Notes under the pieces: model-generated | Database searches by the model: none | The model's input: only the letters and a program-made list of their open reading frames with translations | What the model was told of the DNA's origin: nothing | Shown: one piece after another, positions 17,501 through 30,000 of the stretch | Numbering within the stretch: position 1 is the first letter of the stretch | Layout: every line of letters starts with the position of its first letter | Translations under genes and position numbers: made by a program | Source: a virus | Direction: 5' to 3' (one strand) | Length of the DNA: 64,000 bases | IMG/VR virus record: IMGVR_UViG_3300025674_000028 | Coordinates: 1 to 64,000 of that record

Positions 17501-20500
17501 CTATCGATACAAATCCAAAAGTTGATCAGGCTCGTCTACTGACAGAGCTTTATAGATCAAACCAATGTACCCACATGCAGGTACGCTTGCCAACTGCCCA
17601 TCTGCGCCGTCCCACGGCAACCGGACGTCTTGCGTTAACACACTATCACGCCAACTTGGTTTTCCGATACGCCAAGCGCCTCCCGCCTCCTTTAAGCCCT
17701 CGAGGGTGCGGACCGTGGGATTGGCGTCACCGCTATCTATTGTGACAGTAGAGAGAGCTTGCTGTGACCAGACGTCTGCTTGTTTTGTACTAAGCATCAA
17801 CGACAAACGATTTTGCGCGGGTACGACATCTACGACAATGCCGACATGAACTCCGGACTCGCTATGGTTTGCGCTGATGGTTGTGCGCTCGTACCAAGTG
17901 CCCGTCAATATATCCTTTTCCTCTAACGCAAACTGCTGTTGAGTACTCGTCAATGTGAGCACTACCCTGTGGCTGCCGCCCAAAAGCATCACATAGGTGC
18001 CGTGCTTAAACTCGTATGTCGGGCGCGCTGTGATGTATTCTAAGGCCACCCCGCCGCCCCTCAAGTCCGCACTTGGGCGCAGTGATATGCGGCTTGTCTT
18101 AGGCAATGTTTCATACCAAATAGAGCCTGAGTCAACAGGGTCACAACCACCAAAGACAGACATGCCTGCACTGCCTATGCCTGCCCTAGCCCACGGCCTC
18201 CCGCTCAGAATAAGATGATCGCCGTCTTCCCAGATATCTTCGTCACCCAAACTTGTACGGATGAAAGGATTGAACTGCGCATAGGGGCGGTGCCTGTCGT
18301 AGCTGACTTCGTCTGAGACGTAGGACGAAAATTGACTGTTGATGACAAGGTACGCGTCTAGTCCGCCGTAAGAAGAATCTGTGGCACTGTCCACGACGAC
18401 TTGCCAGGACTTGTTGGGCAAAAGCCCTGTCTCTCCTAACACATCGTCTGGCAATCCACCGTCCAGCACGCTCAAGTCAAGCTGTGTCATCGAGCCGTCA
18501 GCATTACGAACTAACAAGTGGCGCCAGCTTGAAGGCCGTGCATAGACTGTGACAGGCGATGTACTGACGGATCCAATACCGATACGGACAAGAGAGGGAG
18601 CAACGCACGACAACACACGCCACAAGTTGTTGATTGGCGTAGGCTCCGTTGGGGGCGTGTAAACTGCGCCATCTCTCTCCATACTGTAAAGCGTCGCTGA
18701 GCCATTCGCATTGATGGTCTGACCCAACTCCGTCAAAGACTGGACATCTTTTGCAAGTGCCGTATTTCCGCTGCTTAAAACGCCCTCTATCCTTAAATCC
18801 AGATTAGGAAACTCCTGCATCTGACTAACATCCCGAACCTGACTGTCTCCGCTGATGGAACCACTTGTGATGTCAAGCTCGCGGGCGTTTGTCCCTGTCA
18901 CCACGTCAATGCTCTGGTACGAGCCCCATTCGTCGTTGTTGACGTCAATGACATGCCCTGCGGAGATGGCTTGCAAGCCACAGGGCATGGCGGCATCTAT
19001 GGTAGACACACGGGGCGTGGCGTTTTTCTTCCACGATGCGGCCAAGTCAAACGACACGCCGGGACACGATTGCGCAATGACACTGGTCTCTGGCGCAGGG
19101 CTGCTCGGTTGAATCGTCAGACATGGCTCTTCGTCCACAAACACTGCGCCAGTCACAATTCCGCCAAGTGTGACGAGTGGAGCTGAGGGCAATGCAGGAT
19201 AGACGTACACCGTGGAGCCCGGACTTGGATCAATCATGGTTGGCGACGTCCTGATGTACCGTAAACTGCCGTCGAACCACGGAACCCCGACGTCGATGTA
19301 ATATTTCTCATTCAGGAGCACAGCGGGGAAGCCAAGGCCATCAAGAATTGTCCACAGTGACAAGCTGTCGATGGCGCAGCCCCCCGGAAGAATCGTACCT
19401 CCCACAAAAGTGTCTGTCGGCTGAGACGGAGATCCAGACGCCTCGATTTTGTAGTTTTCCGTAGGCAGTTCGGAGTATAGCGCTGTCTGCCTTGAAATCT
19501 GGACGTCACTGTGGGGGATATTGGAACGCACGCCTGACGCAACCATTCGCGTCGTTGTCCATGTGCTGGCATCGTCTCCAAGAGGTAAGGTAGCACCACC
19601 AAGGAGTGGATACTTTTCAGTGATCCACGCATTGCGTGCCTGCGCGGGAGGCACTGAGACAATGGCCCTGTAATCAGGTTCAATAGAACGACTGCTACCA
19701 TATCGGTCTAAACGACGCAGCAATCTTTCAGGGGGGGCAATGGCATCGATGATGACATTTGCGTCCGCTGGAGTGCCAAGATCCAGGCCTGCGTTAACGG
19801 AGGTATCACTGTCAACGTTATCAACGGGCGTATCGACGCCAGTCTCTCCAACTGTGCCGTCTCTATCGATTGCGTTATCGGGCGGTAACGACGCAAAGTC
19901 AGAGACTCCTTCAGTGACAGCGTCAATCGGGACTTTTGCCTCCGGACCGTCACACAGGTACTCCTGCCAATCCTCCTCCGTAGGTGCAAAGAGGTTGGCA
20001 AACAGCCGAGACAGCGCGCCTTCGACAAAGAAGATGCCTACGCCGTAAATCAGCAGGTTTCCGGGAGGGCCAAAGCTAAGGGACGGAAACACTGCTTGAA
20101 TTCCTTCGGCGTAGCTTTTCCGTATGGTCTCGCCTGCTCGGTATACTCTTGGATCTGAGTAGTTGAACCCGTCTCTGCCAGCGGCAGTAAATTCATCATC
20201 CAACTGCAAAAGCTCGCTGCGCTTCATCCAGTCGTTAACTTGCTGACCTGAATATGACGGTATCCCTGTAGTGTCCGTCGGCAGCGCGGTAATCCTTCCA
20301 TACCTGTACTCTGTCAACGATGGCGACCCGTCGTCGTTGACGCCTGCGTGAATGGTCCCCCAGGTGATTCGTACAGTGTCATCCCGCTTCGCGGTCTCAA
20401 TGCGGTTTACGAGATGATCGAGACCTCCAGCCTCAGGCTCAATATGTAACCGCCACACCTGCGCCAGATCCATGATGTCTGCCACACGGGTCAGAAAATC

Positions 20501-21577
20501 GACGGTACGGTCAAACATCTCCAGATATTTTCGGATCTTCTCAGCTAAGCGCTCGGCGATGGTCAACAGAGAGAAGTTTTCTGGATACGGCAACCCTGCA
20601 AACTCAACGAGGTTCTTCATGTCCAGCAGAAAATTGCCCAGGAAAGGTAAAACTTCTGCTGATGACAACCGCTCAAAGTCCGGACTTGATGAATAGCGCG
20701 GCATGATAAAGGGCCGCAGCGGAGAATTGACACCATTCCACTGTAAGCTGTCTTGAAGGTTCCAGTGCTCAATGGTGTCGAGGCCGAGATTCTTGTCCAA
20801 GTCTTCTACAATGTCTGAGAAGTCCAAATGCTCAGTGGTCACCTCTTCAAAGACTGTCTTAAGACGCAGGAACGAATCGTACACTTCTAGAGGATCTTCA
20901 CCTTGGATGGCGAAGAGAAAACCTCCGATTTTGTCCTGGTCAAAGACGACAGGCTTATTTGGATCACCTGGATCGTAGAATGCTGCCAGTATTGGCGCGA
21001 GCCAATCGTTGAATGCGTTGAACTCTGTATCTTGAAATGCGTCTAGTGCGCTGCGCACAGCTTCTCTTCGCCGCGCATCCAGTTGACCTTGGATGATTTC
21101 AGGATAGCGGCGATACGACTGAAAAGCACCCTGCTGCGGGTCTGCTTCAGGTCCAAACTGCACAAAGCTCGAGAGCTCCCCTTCGCGAGCGGCCAAGCCT
21201 TGCAGGTCGGCTTCTCGGATGTAGTTCTCCATCCCTTCTATAAACTGAGCCGTCCCGGTCCTCTCAAACAACTCTCGCGTATTGCCATGCTGAATGAAGT
21301 AGACGCCATCAGTAAGGTACTGCTTCAGAAACTCCATTAGGAGTTCAGACAACACGAGGCCCAAAGCTCGCGGCGTACTCAAGATCTGGAAGATTTCAGT
21401 CAGGCGTATCTCGATCTCAGCGACCGTTGACAATCCCTGGGCGATGGGATCGAGCACCTGTAAGAAATCTCTCGCCTGCCGTAAGATGTCTAACAGGTCT
21501 CGCAAAGATTCCGGACTGCCTATCCGGGCAGACCGTATCCAAGTCAATTCGTCTGGCGCGCAGCTATGCTCAGTCAT
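17501..21577 (-). CDS. Large putative baseplate/tail structural protein
   Basis: 1358 aa, acidic, helical N-half and beta-rich C-half; translationally coupled downstream of the spike gene pair. Confidence 0.55.
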   Translation of the reverse strand: MTEHSCAPDELTWIRSARIGSPESLRDLLDILRQARDFLQVLDPIAQGLSTVAEIEIRLTEIFQILSTPRALGLVLSELLMEFLKQYLTDGVYFIQHGNTRELFERTGTAQFIEGMENYIREADLQGLAAREGELSSFVQFGPEADPQQGAFQSYRRYPEIIQGQLDARRREAVRSALDAFQDTEFNAFNDWLAPILAAFYDPGDPNKPVVFDQDKIGGFLFAIQGEDPLEVYDSFLRLKTVFEEVTTEHLDFSDIVEDLDKNLGLDTIEHWNLQDSLQWNGVNSPLRPFIMPRYSSSPDFERLSSAEVLPFLGNFLLDMKNLVEFAGLPYPENFSLLTIAERLAEKIRKYLEMFDRTVDFLTRVADIMDLAQVWRLHIEPEAGGLDHLVNRIETAKRDDTVRITWGTIHAGVNDDGSPSLTEYRYGRITALPTDTTGIPSYSGQQVNDWMKRSELLQLDDEFTAAGRDGFNYSDPRVYRAGETIRKSYAEGIQAVFPSLSFGPPGNLLIYGVGIFFVEGALSRLFANLFAPTEEDWQEYLCDGPEAKVPIDAVTEGVSDFASLPPDNAIDRDGTVGETGVDTPVDNVDSDTSVNAGLDLGTPADANVIIDAIAPPERLLRRLDRYGSSRSIEPDYRAIVSVPPAQARNAWITEKYPLLGGATLPLGDDASTWTTTRMVASGVRSNIPHSDVQISRQTALYSELPTENYKIEASGSPSQPTDTFVGGTILPGGCAIDSLSLWTILDGLGFPAVLLNEKYYIDVGVPWFDGSLRYIRTSPTMIDPSPGSTVYVYPALPSAPLVTLGGIVTGAVFVDEEPCLTIQPSSPAPETSVIAQSCPGVSFDLAASWKKNATPRVSTIDAAMPCGLQAISAGHVIDVNNDEWGSYQSIDVVTGTNARELDITSGSISGDSQVRDVSQMQEFPNLDLRIEGVLSSGNTALAKDVQSLTELGQTINANGSATLYSMERDGAVYTPPTEPTPINNLWRVLSCVAPSLVRIGIGSVSTSPVTVYARPSSWRHLLVRNADGSMTQLDLSVLDGGLPDDVLGETGLLPNKSWQVVVDSATDSSYGGLDAYLVINSQFSSYVSDEVSYDRHRPYAQFNPFIRTSLGDEDIWEDGDHLILSGRPWARAGIGSAGMSVFGGCDPVDSGSIWYETLPKTSRISLRPSADLRGGGVALEYITARPTYEFKHGTYVMLLGGSHRVVLTLTSTQQQFALEEKDILTGTWYERTTISANHSESGVHVGIVVDVVPAQNRLSLMLSTKQADVWSQQALSTVTIDSGDANPTVRTLEGLKEAGGAWRIGKPSWRDSVLTQDVRLPWDGADGQLASVPACGYIGLIYKALSVDEPDQLLDLYR

Positions 21578-22284
21578 GTAAATACCAATGGTAAGCCAGG
21601 ATAAGGCACGCCTGGCACAGCCGGCGTCGTTGCGGGCGGTGATGGATTTACGATTCCGCAGCCCAGCTGTATTGAATTTACCGCATCCACTACGGCACCA
21701 ACCATAGCATTTGCCATCAAAAACCTGTCAGTGCTCACGCCAAGGTCTGGGTCTGCGTTCCATGCAGCGAGGACTTGCGGGACAAACTGCTGGGCAGTCA
21801 ACGGCGCTCTTTGTAACTCTACAAATCCGGAGATGAGGTTAAGAAAGACGGGATCGGCAGGCGTCGCTGCGATTGAAAACGGACTGCTGTTTAAGGCCAT
21901 CAGCACTCCCATGGCGACCCCTGTCGGCAACGCAGCGGCAAAAGGCCCTGACCATGTGTTTTGAGCGGCAATGGACTGAGCATTGACCGGAACAATTGGA
22001 AGCCGTATTGCGATGTCTGCCTGCATCTGAGTAAGGCTGACAAAAGGCATTGGAGCTGGCGGTGACACGACCGCACTGGGCCCGCCTACGCTGCCAACAA
22101 AGATCCCAGCCTGGAAACCCGCGAGCACCTGCGGCCACATCACGTCCAGCATAATGTCTGCCATGCGATGTAAAGGGTTGAAGGGCACCTGCGTTGCACC
22201 GACAGCAATAGCGCCAGGGGCGCCAGCAGCGGTCAACTGCGCTTTCATCAAAGTGCCGACATATGGTGCTTGCGGTAAAGGCAT
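21574..22284 (-). CDS. Ala/Pro/Gly-rich baseplate-associated protein (start revised to ATG 22284)
   Basis: TGATG overlap with the spike gene stop. Confidence 0.55.
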   Translation of the reverse strand: MPLPQAPYVGTLMKAQLTAAGAPGAIAVGATQVPFNPLHRMADIMLDVMWPQVLAGFQAGIFVGSVGGPSAVVSPPAPMPFVSLTQMQADIAIRLPIVPVNAQSIAAQNTWSGPFAAALPTGVAMGVLMALNSSPFSIAATPADPVFLNLISGFVELQRAPLTAQQFVPQVLAAWNADPDLGVSTDRFLMANAMVGAVVDAVNSIQLGCGIVNPSPPATTPAVPGVPYPGLPLVFT

Positions 22285-24023
22285 CAGGTTGCAGCAATGG
22301 CTTCGGGCAATGAAGGCGTCGGTAATGGCGCGACAGCGGGAACGGCAACACCTGCGGTACCAATTGTCGGAGGACCTAACGACGATACAGTCAATGCCGC
22401 CGTTCCTAGAGGAGGCAAGCCAGTCACGTAGCATTTGTGACTTAAAGTCGTCACGGCATAACCAGCAGGGGTGGCAGGATTGGCAGAGCCGATGTGAATT
22501 TTACCAGTCACGTCACTGTGGACAGAGCCTCTAGAGCCGCCCAGTCCTGCCAACTGCCACGCGCCGTCCTGTTGCAAGACCAAGCGGCCGCCTACCTTCG
22601 TTCCCAACTCGACACGCCCAACAAATGCAGCCAAGCGTACCGGGTCGTTTATCATGCGCATATACCCCAGCGCTTGCCCCGCAGGTCCAATGTTTAACTC
22701 TAAGCTACCAGTCTCTACTTGCAGCAGACTCTTACCCCTCTTAACGATCGTCCTGTGACTGACAATGTCACGACCTGCGTTTTCCAGGGCATCGCCGCCC
22801 ATGACCCTCAGCGAGTATCGACCGCCGACTGCCGTCGACAAGGACTCACCGATTGAGCGCGTCATTGCACCGTCGGTGGCCGTAAGCGCGTGACCTCCAA
22901 TGATCGTGTTAAAATTCCCTTGAGTCTTCCAATCGCAACCCCCGTCAAAACTAAACGTGCCGTTGCTTGCGCGGTGAAAGTAATCTTTGGACTGGACGCG
23001 CATTTTTCCTGAAGCCAGGAACGACATTGCTCGCTTTGACTTCAATGACAGCTGTCCGGCGCTGGTGACCTCATACGCGCCTGCCGTCGTTTCATGCTTG
23101 ATCGAGTTTGCATTGACCACTTCACGGCCGTACACAGCGCTGGTCCTGTCTCTCGCCTCCATAAAGACGTGGCCCTTAGACCGTATCTGAATGTCGCCGC
23201 TCGCATACATGCGCACCAAGACCCTTGCTTGTCGAGGGTCAGGGGGATTTAAGCCTGCGCTGGCCTGGTTCTGAGCAAATGCCTGCTCAAAAATCATGAT
23301 GCGGACGCACGACCCAAATCCAAAGGCCTTCTGCGACACTGACGGATACCCAGCCGGCGGCAGGCTTTCATCTTCAAGGACTGCCCCTGCGTCTACAAAG
23401 ATATGAGGTGCCTGTTGCGCCAAGCTTTTAAGCTGAAGGCTCATGCCTGTAGGCGTCTCATCCTGCTCATCGCGCCCATCTTCGCGCAACGTCCAGTACC
23501 GTTGAGAGCCGAAAATGCCTTCAAGTACGAAGTTTTGACAGACCGTCTTAATGGTCTTTTCATCACGGAAAAAGGCTTGAGTACACAGTGGGTCAGCCTT
23601 TATTTCCATGTTGCCGTTGCGCCGAATCAGCATTTCGCCACCAGCCGGACCCATCATCCCCAATTCACCCGGCTGGAGAATCGGACGATCACCCCTGTAA
23701 TCATTTCGCGGCGTCGTTTCTGTGCCGTCCTCAGTGCCGTCAGTTGCTTTACGGTTTGGATAGGGGACGTAGTTGATGAGGATGTAATCCTCACTCATCT
23801 CAGGCTTAGCAAGCAAAGCAAGGTCGCCGACTTCAGGCAGAGCCCCCATCCAGCCGGGGCCTCTCAGCGAGACGTAGGAACCTCCAAGGATGACCTCCTC
23901 GACAGGAATCTCACTGTTCACCAACTGGGCAGAAACCGTATAGGTGTCTGGATTGACTGCGACGACAATCGCCATCCGCAACAACACGCGAAAATCAGAG
24001 TCGATTGCGCCGCGACTGACCAT
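22284..24023 (-). CDS. Baseplate central spike protein, gp5/VgrG/GpV-like
   Basis: N-terminal OB-fold pattern (IVVAVNPDTYTV...ALPEVGDLALL), Gly/Ser/Thr beta-helix-like repeats, C-terminal HKCYVTG tip motif. Confidence 0.7.
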   Translation of the reverse strand: MVSRGAIDSDFRVLLRMAIVVAVNPDTYTVSAQLVNSEIPVEEVILGGSYVSLRGPGWMGALPEVGDLALLAKPEMSEDYILINYVPYPNRKATDGTEDGTETTPRNDYRGDRPILQPGELGMMGPAGGEMLIRRNGNMEIKADPLCTQAFFRDEKTIKTVCQNFVLEGIFGSQRYWTLREDGRDEQDETPTGMSLQLKSLAQQAPHIFVDAGAVLEDESLPPAGYPSVSQKAFGFGSCVRIMIFEQAFAQNQASAGLNPPDPRQARVLVRMYASGDIQIRSKGHVFMEARDRTSAVYGREVVNANSIKHETTAGAYEVTSAGQLSLKSKRAMSFLASGKMRVQSKDYFHRASNGTFSFDGGCDWKTQGNFNTIIGGHALTATDGAMTRSIGESLSTAVGGRYSLRVMGGDALENAGRDIVSHRTIVKRGKSLLQVETGSLELNIGPAGQALGYMRMINDPVRLAAFVGRVELGTKVGGRLVLQQDGAWQLAGLGGSRGSVHSDVTGKIHIGSANPATPAGYAVTTLSHKCYVTGLPPLGTAALTVSSLGPPTIGTAGVAVPAVAPLPTPSLPEAIAAT

Positions 24024-24025
24024 GG

Positions 24026-27000
24026 CTAGTAGTCCCCTTGCTTGTTACGCGCCCCTCCTGCCTTTGATGCTCTGTTAAACTCAGCCGCATACGTCAACGC
24101 AGGGATTGGGTGCGTACTATGATAATTTGAAGTAGCGCCTGTTTGCGCTGCGTCTGTCAAGACTTGGCGGAGGTTGTTGTAGTTAAAGCGCGCTAAGAAG
24201 TCCTCCCGATACTCTCTCGGCGCGACGTCCACACCTCGCAGCAACGGCCGCACTGTCAGGTTTTTAAATGTCTTGTGAAGTTTCTTTGCTTGTGCTTCGG
24301 GAATCTTTTGACCGGGCAGCAGGTCTGCACCGCCAGGATCTGCAACCTCGACAGTGCCAGTCATGGCACGAACCACCCCTTCAACATTTCGCCGCAGCAC
24401 GCCCTTTTCCGCAAACAAGTTGCCAAGACGATTTGTCAGGTAGCCGCGAACCTTCTCCATGTCACCCGTGGCGTCTAAGATTTCCTTTGGGTTTGCCAGG
24501 CCGTCAGTCAAAACGTCGCCCTTCCCTATGCGTCTCCCCTTTTTGTAAAACCTCGGCGCATCGTACCCATCAGGAGCGTTGCGATTGCCGGGTAAAAAGA
24601 TGGTAGGGTTGGGGGCGTTGCCGGCTGTCTGTATCTTCAAATCCCAGCCGCCTTTTTCGCGATTTCTCTTTATGGTGTCGACCTTACCTGCGACTGGAGA
24701 CACCACTGCTTTTTGACCGCCCATGGTTCCTGGCATACGAAGCAACGCGCTTGCTTCTTGGAACAGGTTTTTCGCAGTGCTCGTGTCCCCTGGCTCGTAA
24801 ACGCCGCCAGCGTGGAAGGTAGACAGCGTAAGCTGAGTGGATCTTTCACCGATGGCCTGCGAAGCCAAGATGCCGAAGTTGTTGCCGATAGGCAGCGTCT
24901 TGCCGTTGGGTAATGCACCGACGCACTTCTGACACACACCTTCTTCAGCTTCACAGGTGGCAGGCGAGCGTACCTTAATCTTGCCTTGCCCCTTTTGGCG
25001 CATGAAAGACAGCACATTGCCGTCTACCAGTCTGTTGCGGTTCCAGCTTTTGTTGCCACTCTTCACGGAGGACGCCAAAAAACGTCCTTCTAAGTCGTCT
25101 TCCGGACGGTTGATGTCCACGTCAACGCCAGATTTGGTTCCACAATCTTCGACGGTGACTGTCATGTCCATCGCTGTGTTAATCAGCTGCTTTGTAAGAT
25201 AGCCAGGATCTTGAACCTCAATAACTTTTGACACTGTACCCATTCGAGCGCCGTGCAAAGTACCCCAGTAGCCCGTAGCGTCCAGTCCCTCGGTGTAGCT
25301 CTTCATAATCGGAGTGCCGACAACATCTCCCCGGCCATCCAGCACAGCGCCGGCGCCCATCATGACCTGTTGAAGCTGGACGGGCTTGACGCGAGCACCT
25401 GAAAAGGTCAACTCCGCGTTGACGTTGCTTCGCTGAGTTGGCTGACTTGTGATTCGACCCTTGAGGACATTCATGCCTCGTTTGTTGAGCTTACCTAGGA
25501 CGTCGTCAAAAATGCCGCGGATTGCACGCTGGTGCTCGTTCTGAGTGCGACTTGTTGCCTTTGCAATCTGCAACTTCTTCAGCAACGTCTTTTCAGCCGC
25601 CTCACGTTCTTTTTTTAGAACTGGCTTGAAGTCTTCCATTAAAAGAGTCGTGCCCGTCAACGTTGCTTGCTCAGCTCCAAGCGTACGAAGCCTGTTGGCG
25701 GCTCCACCGAAGGCCTCTGGCGTCTTTACCGCAATGTGAGTCGTCAGCTTTTTAATGTCCTTCTTTGACAGTCCGATGTCGCCATAATTCTGTGAAACGA
25801 TGCCGGCTGATTGGAGAGAATCAAGCGTCATGCCCGCAGGCAGCGCCTGGTTTACGAGCGATCGTCCAAGAGTTGTTCTCTGGCCGCCTACAGTAATCAA
25901 GTCATTGACGTCGATCTTGTCTTCAATAAACGCTTTGCGAGCGTCACCAACCTTCGAAAAACTGCCGACAGGCTTCTTTTGCACGGGATTCCGAGTGATC
26001 CTGTTCAATCCAAGAATCGCCTCGTGACTCAACGTGTATGCCAGGTCTCCTGACGCTAGGCTAAAGAGGTTTGCTTGCGGTCTGAGCTTTTCCTTTAACT
26101 CTCTGTTAGCTGCTTTTGAGACTGGAGCGAACACCGCCATCGTGTCGCCGTCATTGTCAGCACCAAACCCTCCGTATACCAACGGGTTCAATTGTATGGT
26201 CTTCTCATCCGTCAGGCGAGTACGAAAGCCCTGGAAGCCGTACTTGTGCAACACGGGATCTCGCTTAAGAGCGACCCAATTAGTTTTGACAGTTCGTTCA
26301 AGAATGCGGTCAACTTCCTTGTCTTTCTTGCCGTCTGATGCGTATTCGCCAAGTGCTTTATTGAATCGTCTGAGCTTGTCCCTACCTACAGTTGTCTTCC
26401 ATTGCGGGTGGCTTTTCTTGTATTCGGCTTCAAGCATTGGCCGATAGACTTTGACTGCCAGATTTCTCGGCAGTGCAATCTCGTCGATGTCCAAATCGCC
26501 ATTTGGCCCAATGACAGTGCGGCCGCTGAGAACTTGACGTCGCTGCACCAGCGTCTTTTTCAACAGAGATTGCTTGAGATCTCCGACCTCCCTGCCGTTT
26601 GTGACGGGGCGACGCCCTGTGATTGTGCCGACGATGCCTTGATACTCAGCGCCGCTTAAAGGAGCACTACCTTCGGTCTGCATAAGCTGCAGCATGCCAG
26701 CGTACAAACCCGACTCAAGCTCTGAAATGACCTTCTGCGGCAGTTTGCGCTTCTTTGCGTCCTTTAACTGCTCATCAATCATGGCAAGGTCACGATACAG
26801 GTAGTTCACGTCCCCAACGACAAAATCTCCGGAGTCCTTGTCGATTTTGAAGTCACGCATATTGGCAGGCAGTACAAGCACCTGCTTACGCATAAATGCT
26901 TCAGCTGGAGACAGTTTGTTGCGCTCAAGCATGTCTATAGTTTTGATTGTCCGGTAAGCGCTCGAACGCTTTGAGGCCTTCTTGTCATTCTTGGCGACGT

Positions 27001-30000
27001 CGTAGGCTTGCTTACGCACGCTTTTGAGGTCGACATTTTTGAGCATGTACTCTACGGCAGCAGCACCATATATCTCCTTGTCGCCGTCTTTGACTCCCTC
27101 AATGCCGGCCATAATGTTTTCGAACTGCTTCTTTTTCAGACCAAGTACGTCCCGGATTCCATTCTCGTACACTGGATTTGGGATGTTTTGTGAGAGCTCA
27201 AATCGAGACCAACGCTGACCTCCGCGACCTCCTGTCGCTTTGGGATCAAACAATCCACCCTTGTCTGGAGACATCGTACGTGCCGAAACAGTCCGAGTAG
27301 GACGCGCGATGACATTGTCCTGACCGTTGGTCTTGGACATAATCAGGACGTCACGGTCTGTTAAGGGCTTCATTCGAAGCTCGCTATGTTTAGCACTTCG
27401 CTCTACATCAATGCCCGCAGCTTTAAGGTAATTTTGGAACCGCACAAAAGCTCCGGGTACTCTACCTGGAGGCAAAGGCCGGCCGGCTGCCAGCGCATCC
27501 CACACTTCCGGGCGGTCTTCAGAACTGTAGAGCTGGGCAGAACGTAAAAACTCGCGTGCGTCCTGGGCAAGAAGACCGTAGGTTCCCAACTCACCGAGGC
27601 TTTGTGCGCCGTCTTTACCCTTACTGGCCAGTCCGGACTCTTGGAATGTGCCAACTCCGCGACCTTTGCTTTTGTGGTCAACTTGATGCTTAGCCTTGAG
27701 TATGTACTGATTCCCGACCCCGATGCTTTTAAGAGTCTTGCCTGATCGAGGGTCATACAAGTCCTCCCCGTCAGCGACGCCGGCCTCTTTCAGCTTTTGA
27801 GCAACAAAGTCCCAGTTCGACTCGTATTTGTAGTTCTCAACAATTTCAGGTGCGCCTGCTTTCTTTGCGATCTTACCTAAAAACGTCTCAAAGTTCTGGC
27901 TGGGGTTGATGCGTCCAGTCACCGCCGCAGGGTTATACAGAATCTCCAGGTGCTCGCCTGCACTGTTACGCGGCATTTCATCGTCAGGGACAATCTCAGC
28001 GATGGTTGCTTTGTTGGCGTGTCGGCCATAAACCTTGTCGCCGACTTCCATAGGCTCGACAGTCTTTACGTAGACTTTAGCGCCGATGACGTTGCCATCG
28101 CGGTCACGTTCTTTTGCAACGTCTACAACCTCGCCTCCATGACTGTGATCCCATCGTTTTTCAAAAAAACGACGCGCCCTCTTTGCGCCTCTACGGTCTT
28201 GAGTCTTGTAAAGCCCAACCTGCTTAGTCCGCTCCAACATCTCTTTGCCAGCAAGAGCGTCTGACTGATGTCCTACGAGGTAAAGGTCTCCAGGCTCTAT
28301 GATCGTACCGACTTTGATGACTCCGTCGTCATCCAGCTTCGTATCGATGTCCGTTGGAAGTGGCGTACTGACTGTCTTGCGCCAAAACTTCTTACCAAGA
28401 CGCATCGTATCGCTGGCGGCGCCTTCCTCATACATATGAAGGCTTGCCATTTTGTCAGCGGCTGATTGGCTGACGGTGATTGAATCCTCAAAGGTGGATG
28501 TATGGTAAGGCAAATATGCCGTTTTCAGGTTCACGCCCATTGCCAGTACGCCGTCCTTTGTAAACGTACTGTCTGCCAACAGGTCACCCTTTTTGATTTC
28601 ATCGCCGACCTTGACGGTCGGGGTAGAGTCGAGGGGGGCGCCACCGCCAAGCATCAGGTTTTTCGGCAGAGCAATTTGAACTGTCTTCCGCTTACCCTTT
28701 GGTAAAATCTCGATGTATCTCTCGCCCTTATCCTTATCCACAATGCGCTTGACGACACCGTCGTAAGCGGAGCGTACAGCGCCTGCCTCTTCAGCAAGTA
28801 ACGTCTCTGTGGAGTGAGTGACGCCGTCAAATTTGGTTTGCACTAACGGGGCTTCGCGGCGCAGCAGAGGCACAGATTGAGTCGTTTGCTTGTCGCTGTA
28901 GCCGATACGGCCGCCCTGAATGCTGTTTACAAAGGGAATGAGCGCACTGTTGGTGTCGAAGAGGCTTGCACTGTCTTTGAGGTAGTATGCGACCTCTGAC
29001 GGCTTTACACGAACAATCTCGCCATCTCTCCAACCCTTGACCATGCCTTGAGCATCGACTTTAGGCTTAAACTTGCCTCCGTCCTTGGTCCACTGATCAA
29101 ATGCTCCAATGACTTTGCCGACCAGCTTATCTGGACTGACGTCAACGCTGCGCCCTGATGGTGACAACATGTCGGCCATCAGCTTGCTGTGGCCGATATT
29201 TCGATCCGTCACGGATGAAGTATCTTTTACGATCCTCGTGCGAATTGGCACATTTAGGATGACGCCGGCCCGACCCGACTCCGGCGTGTGGACAGGATCA
29301 AGAAATCCAACACTGCCAGGATTAAGTAACTTGGCGTCTTTTGGAATGGCCATCTCCGCGCCAATTGCGCCCTCGCCCATGATGGTCGTCGAGGTGGCTT
29401 GTCCAAACGCGTCTAAAGGCGTCGTACTTGTATCTGTACGTTGCACCATGGACGTTGACGCTCGTCCTTTGATGTTTTTCTCAAAAGGACTGCCAATCAA
29501 CTGATCAACTTTGATGGGAGTTTTGTTGTCAGTATATCGACGCAGACGTGATTCGATGCCCCTGACATACTTTCTAACAGTGGACTCACGTCCCACTGAC
29601 TCCGCGAGCAAGTCAGCCGGACTGTAAATTTTCTTCAGTGCAATCGACTCACGGTCATCCTCGGGTTCGCCGTTTGCGACTTGTTGAAGTCTGGAAAAAC
29701 TGGCAAGCAACGTCTTTGCGCTTATGCGGTCTGACTTAGTGCCAAGTGTGACTGCCGTGATGGATGGGTCGACGCGGCTTGTGTTGAACTGATCTTTGAG
29801 TTGAGTAATGACTGCATCAAACTCGATGTCGTCTTTTTGCCTTTTGTACCGGGGGAAGACCTGACCGTACAGGTTTCGCATGGACTTCTCAAAACGCTCA
29901 TCTGTACTCTGACTTATGATTGCCTTAGCGGTCTTTTTGCCTACGGCCTTTTCTAAGTCTTCGTTTTTAGCGCCGAGCAGCTTAGCGATGTCCCAGACCG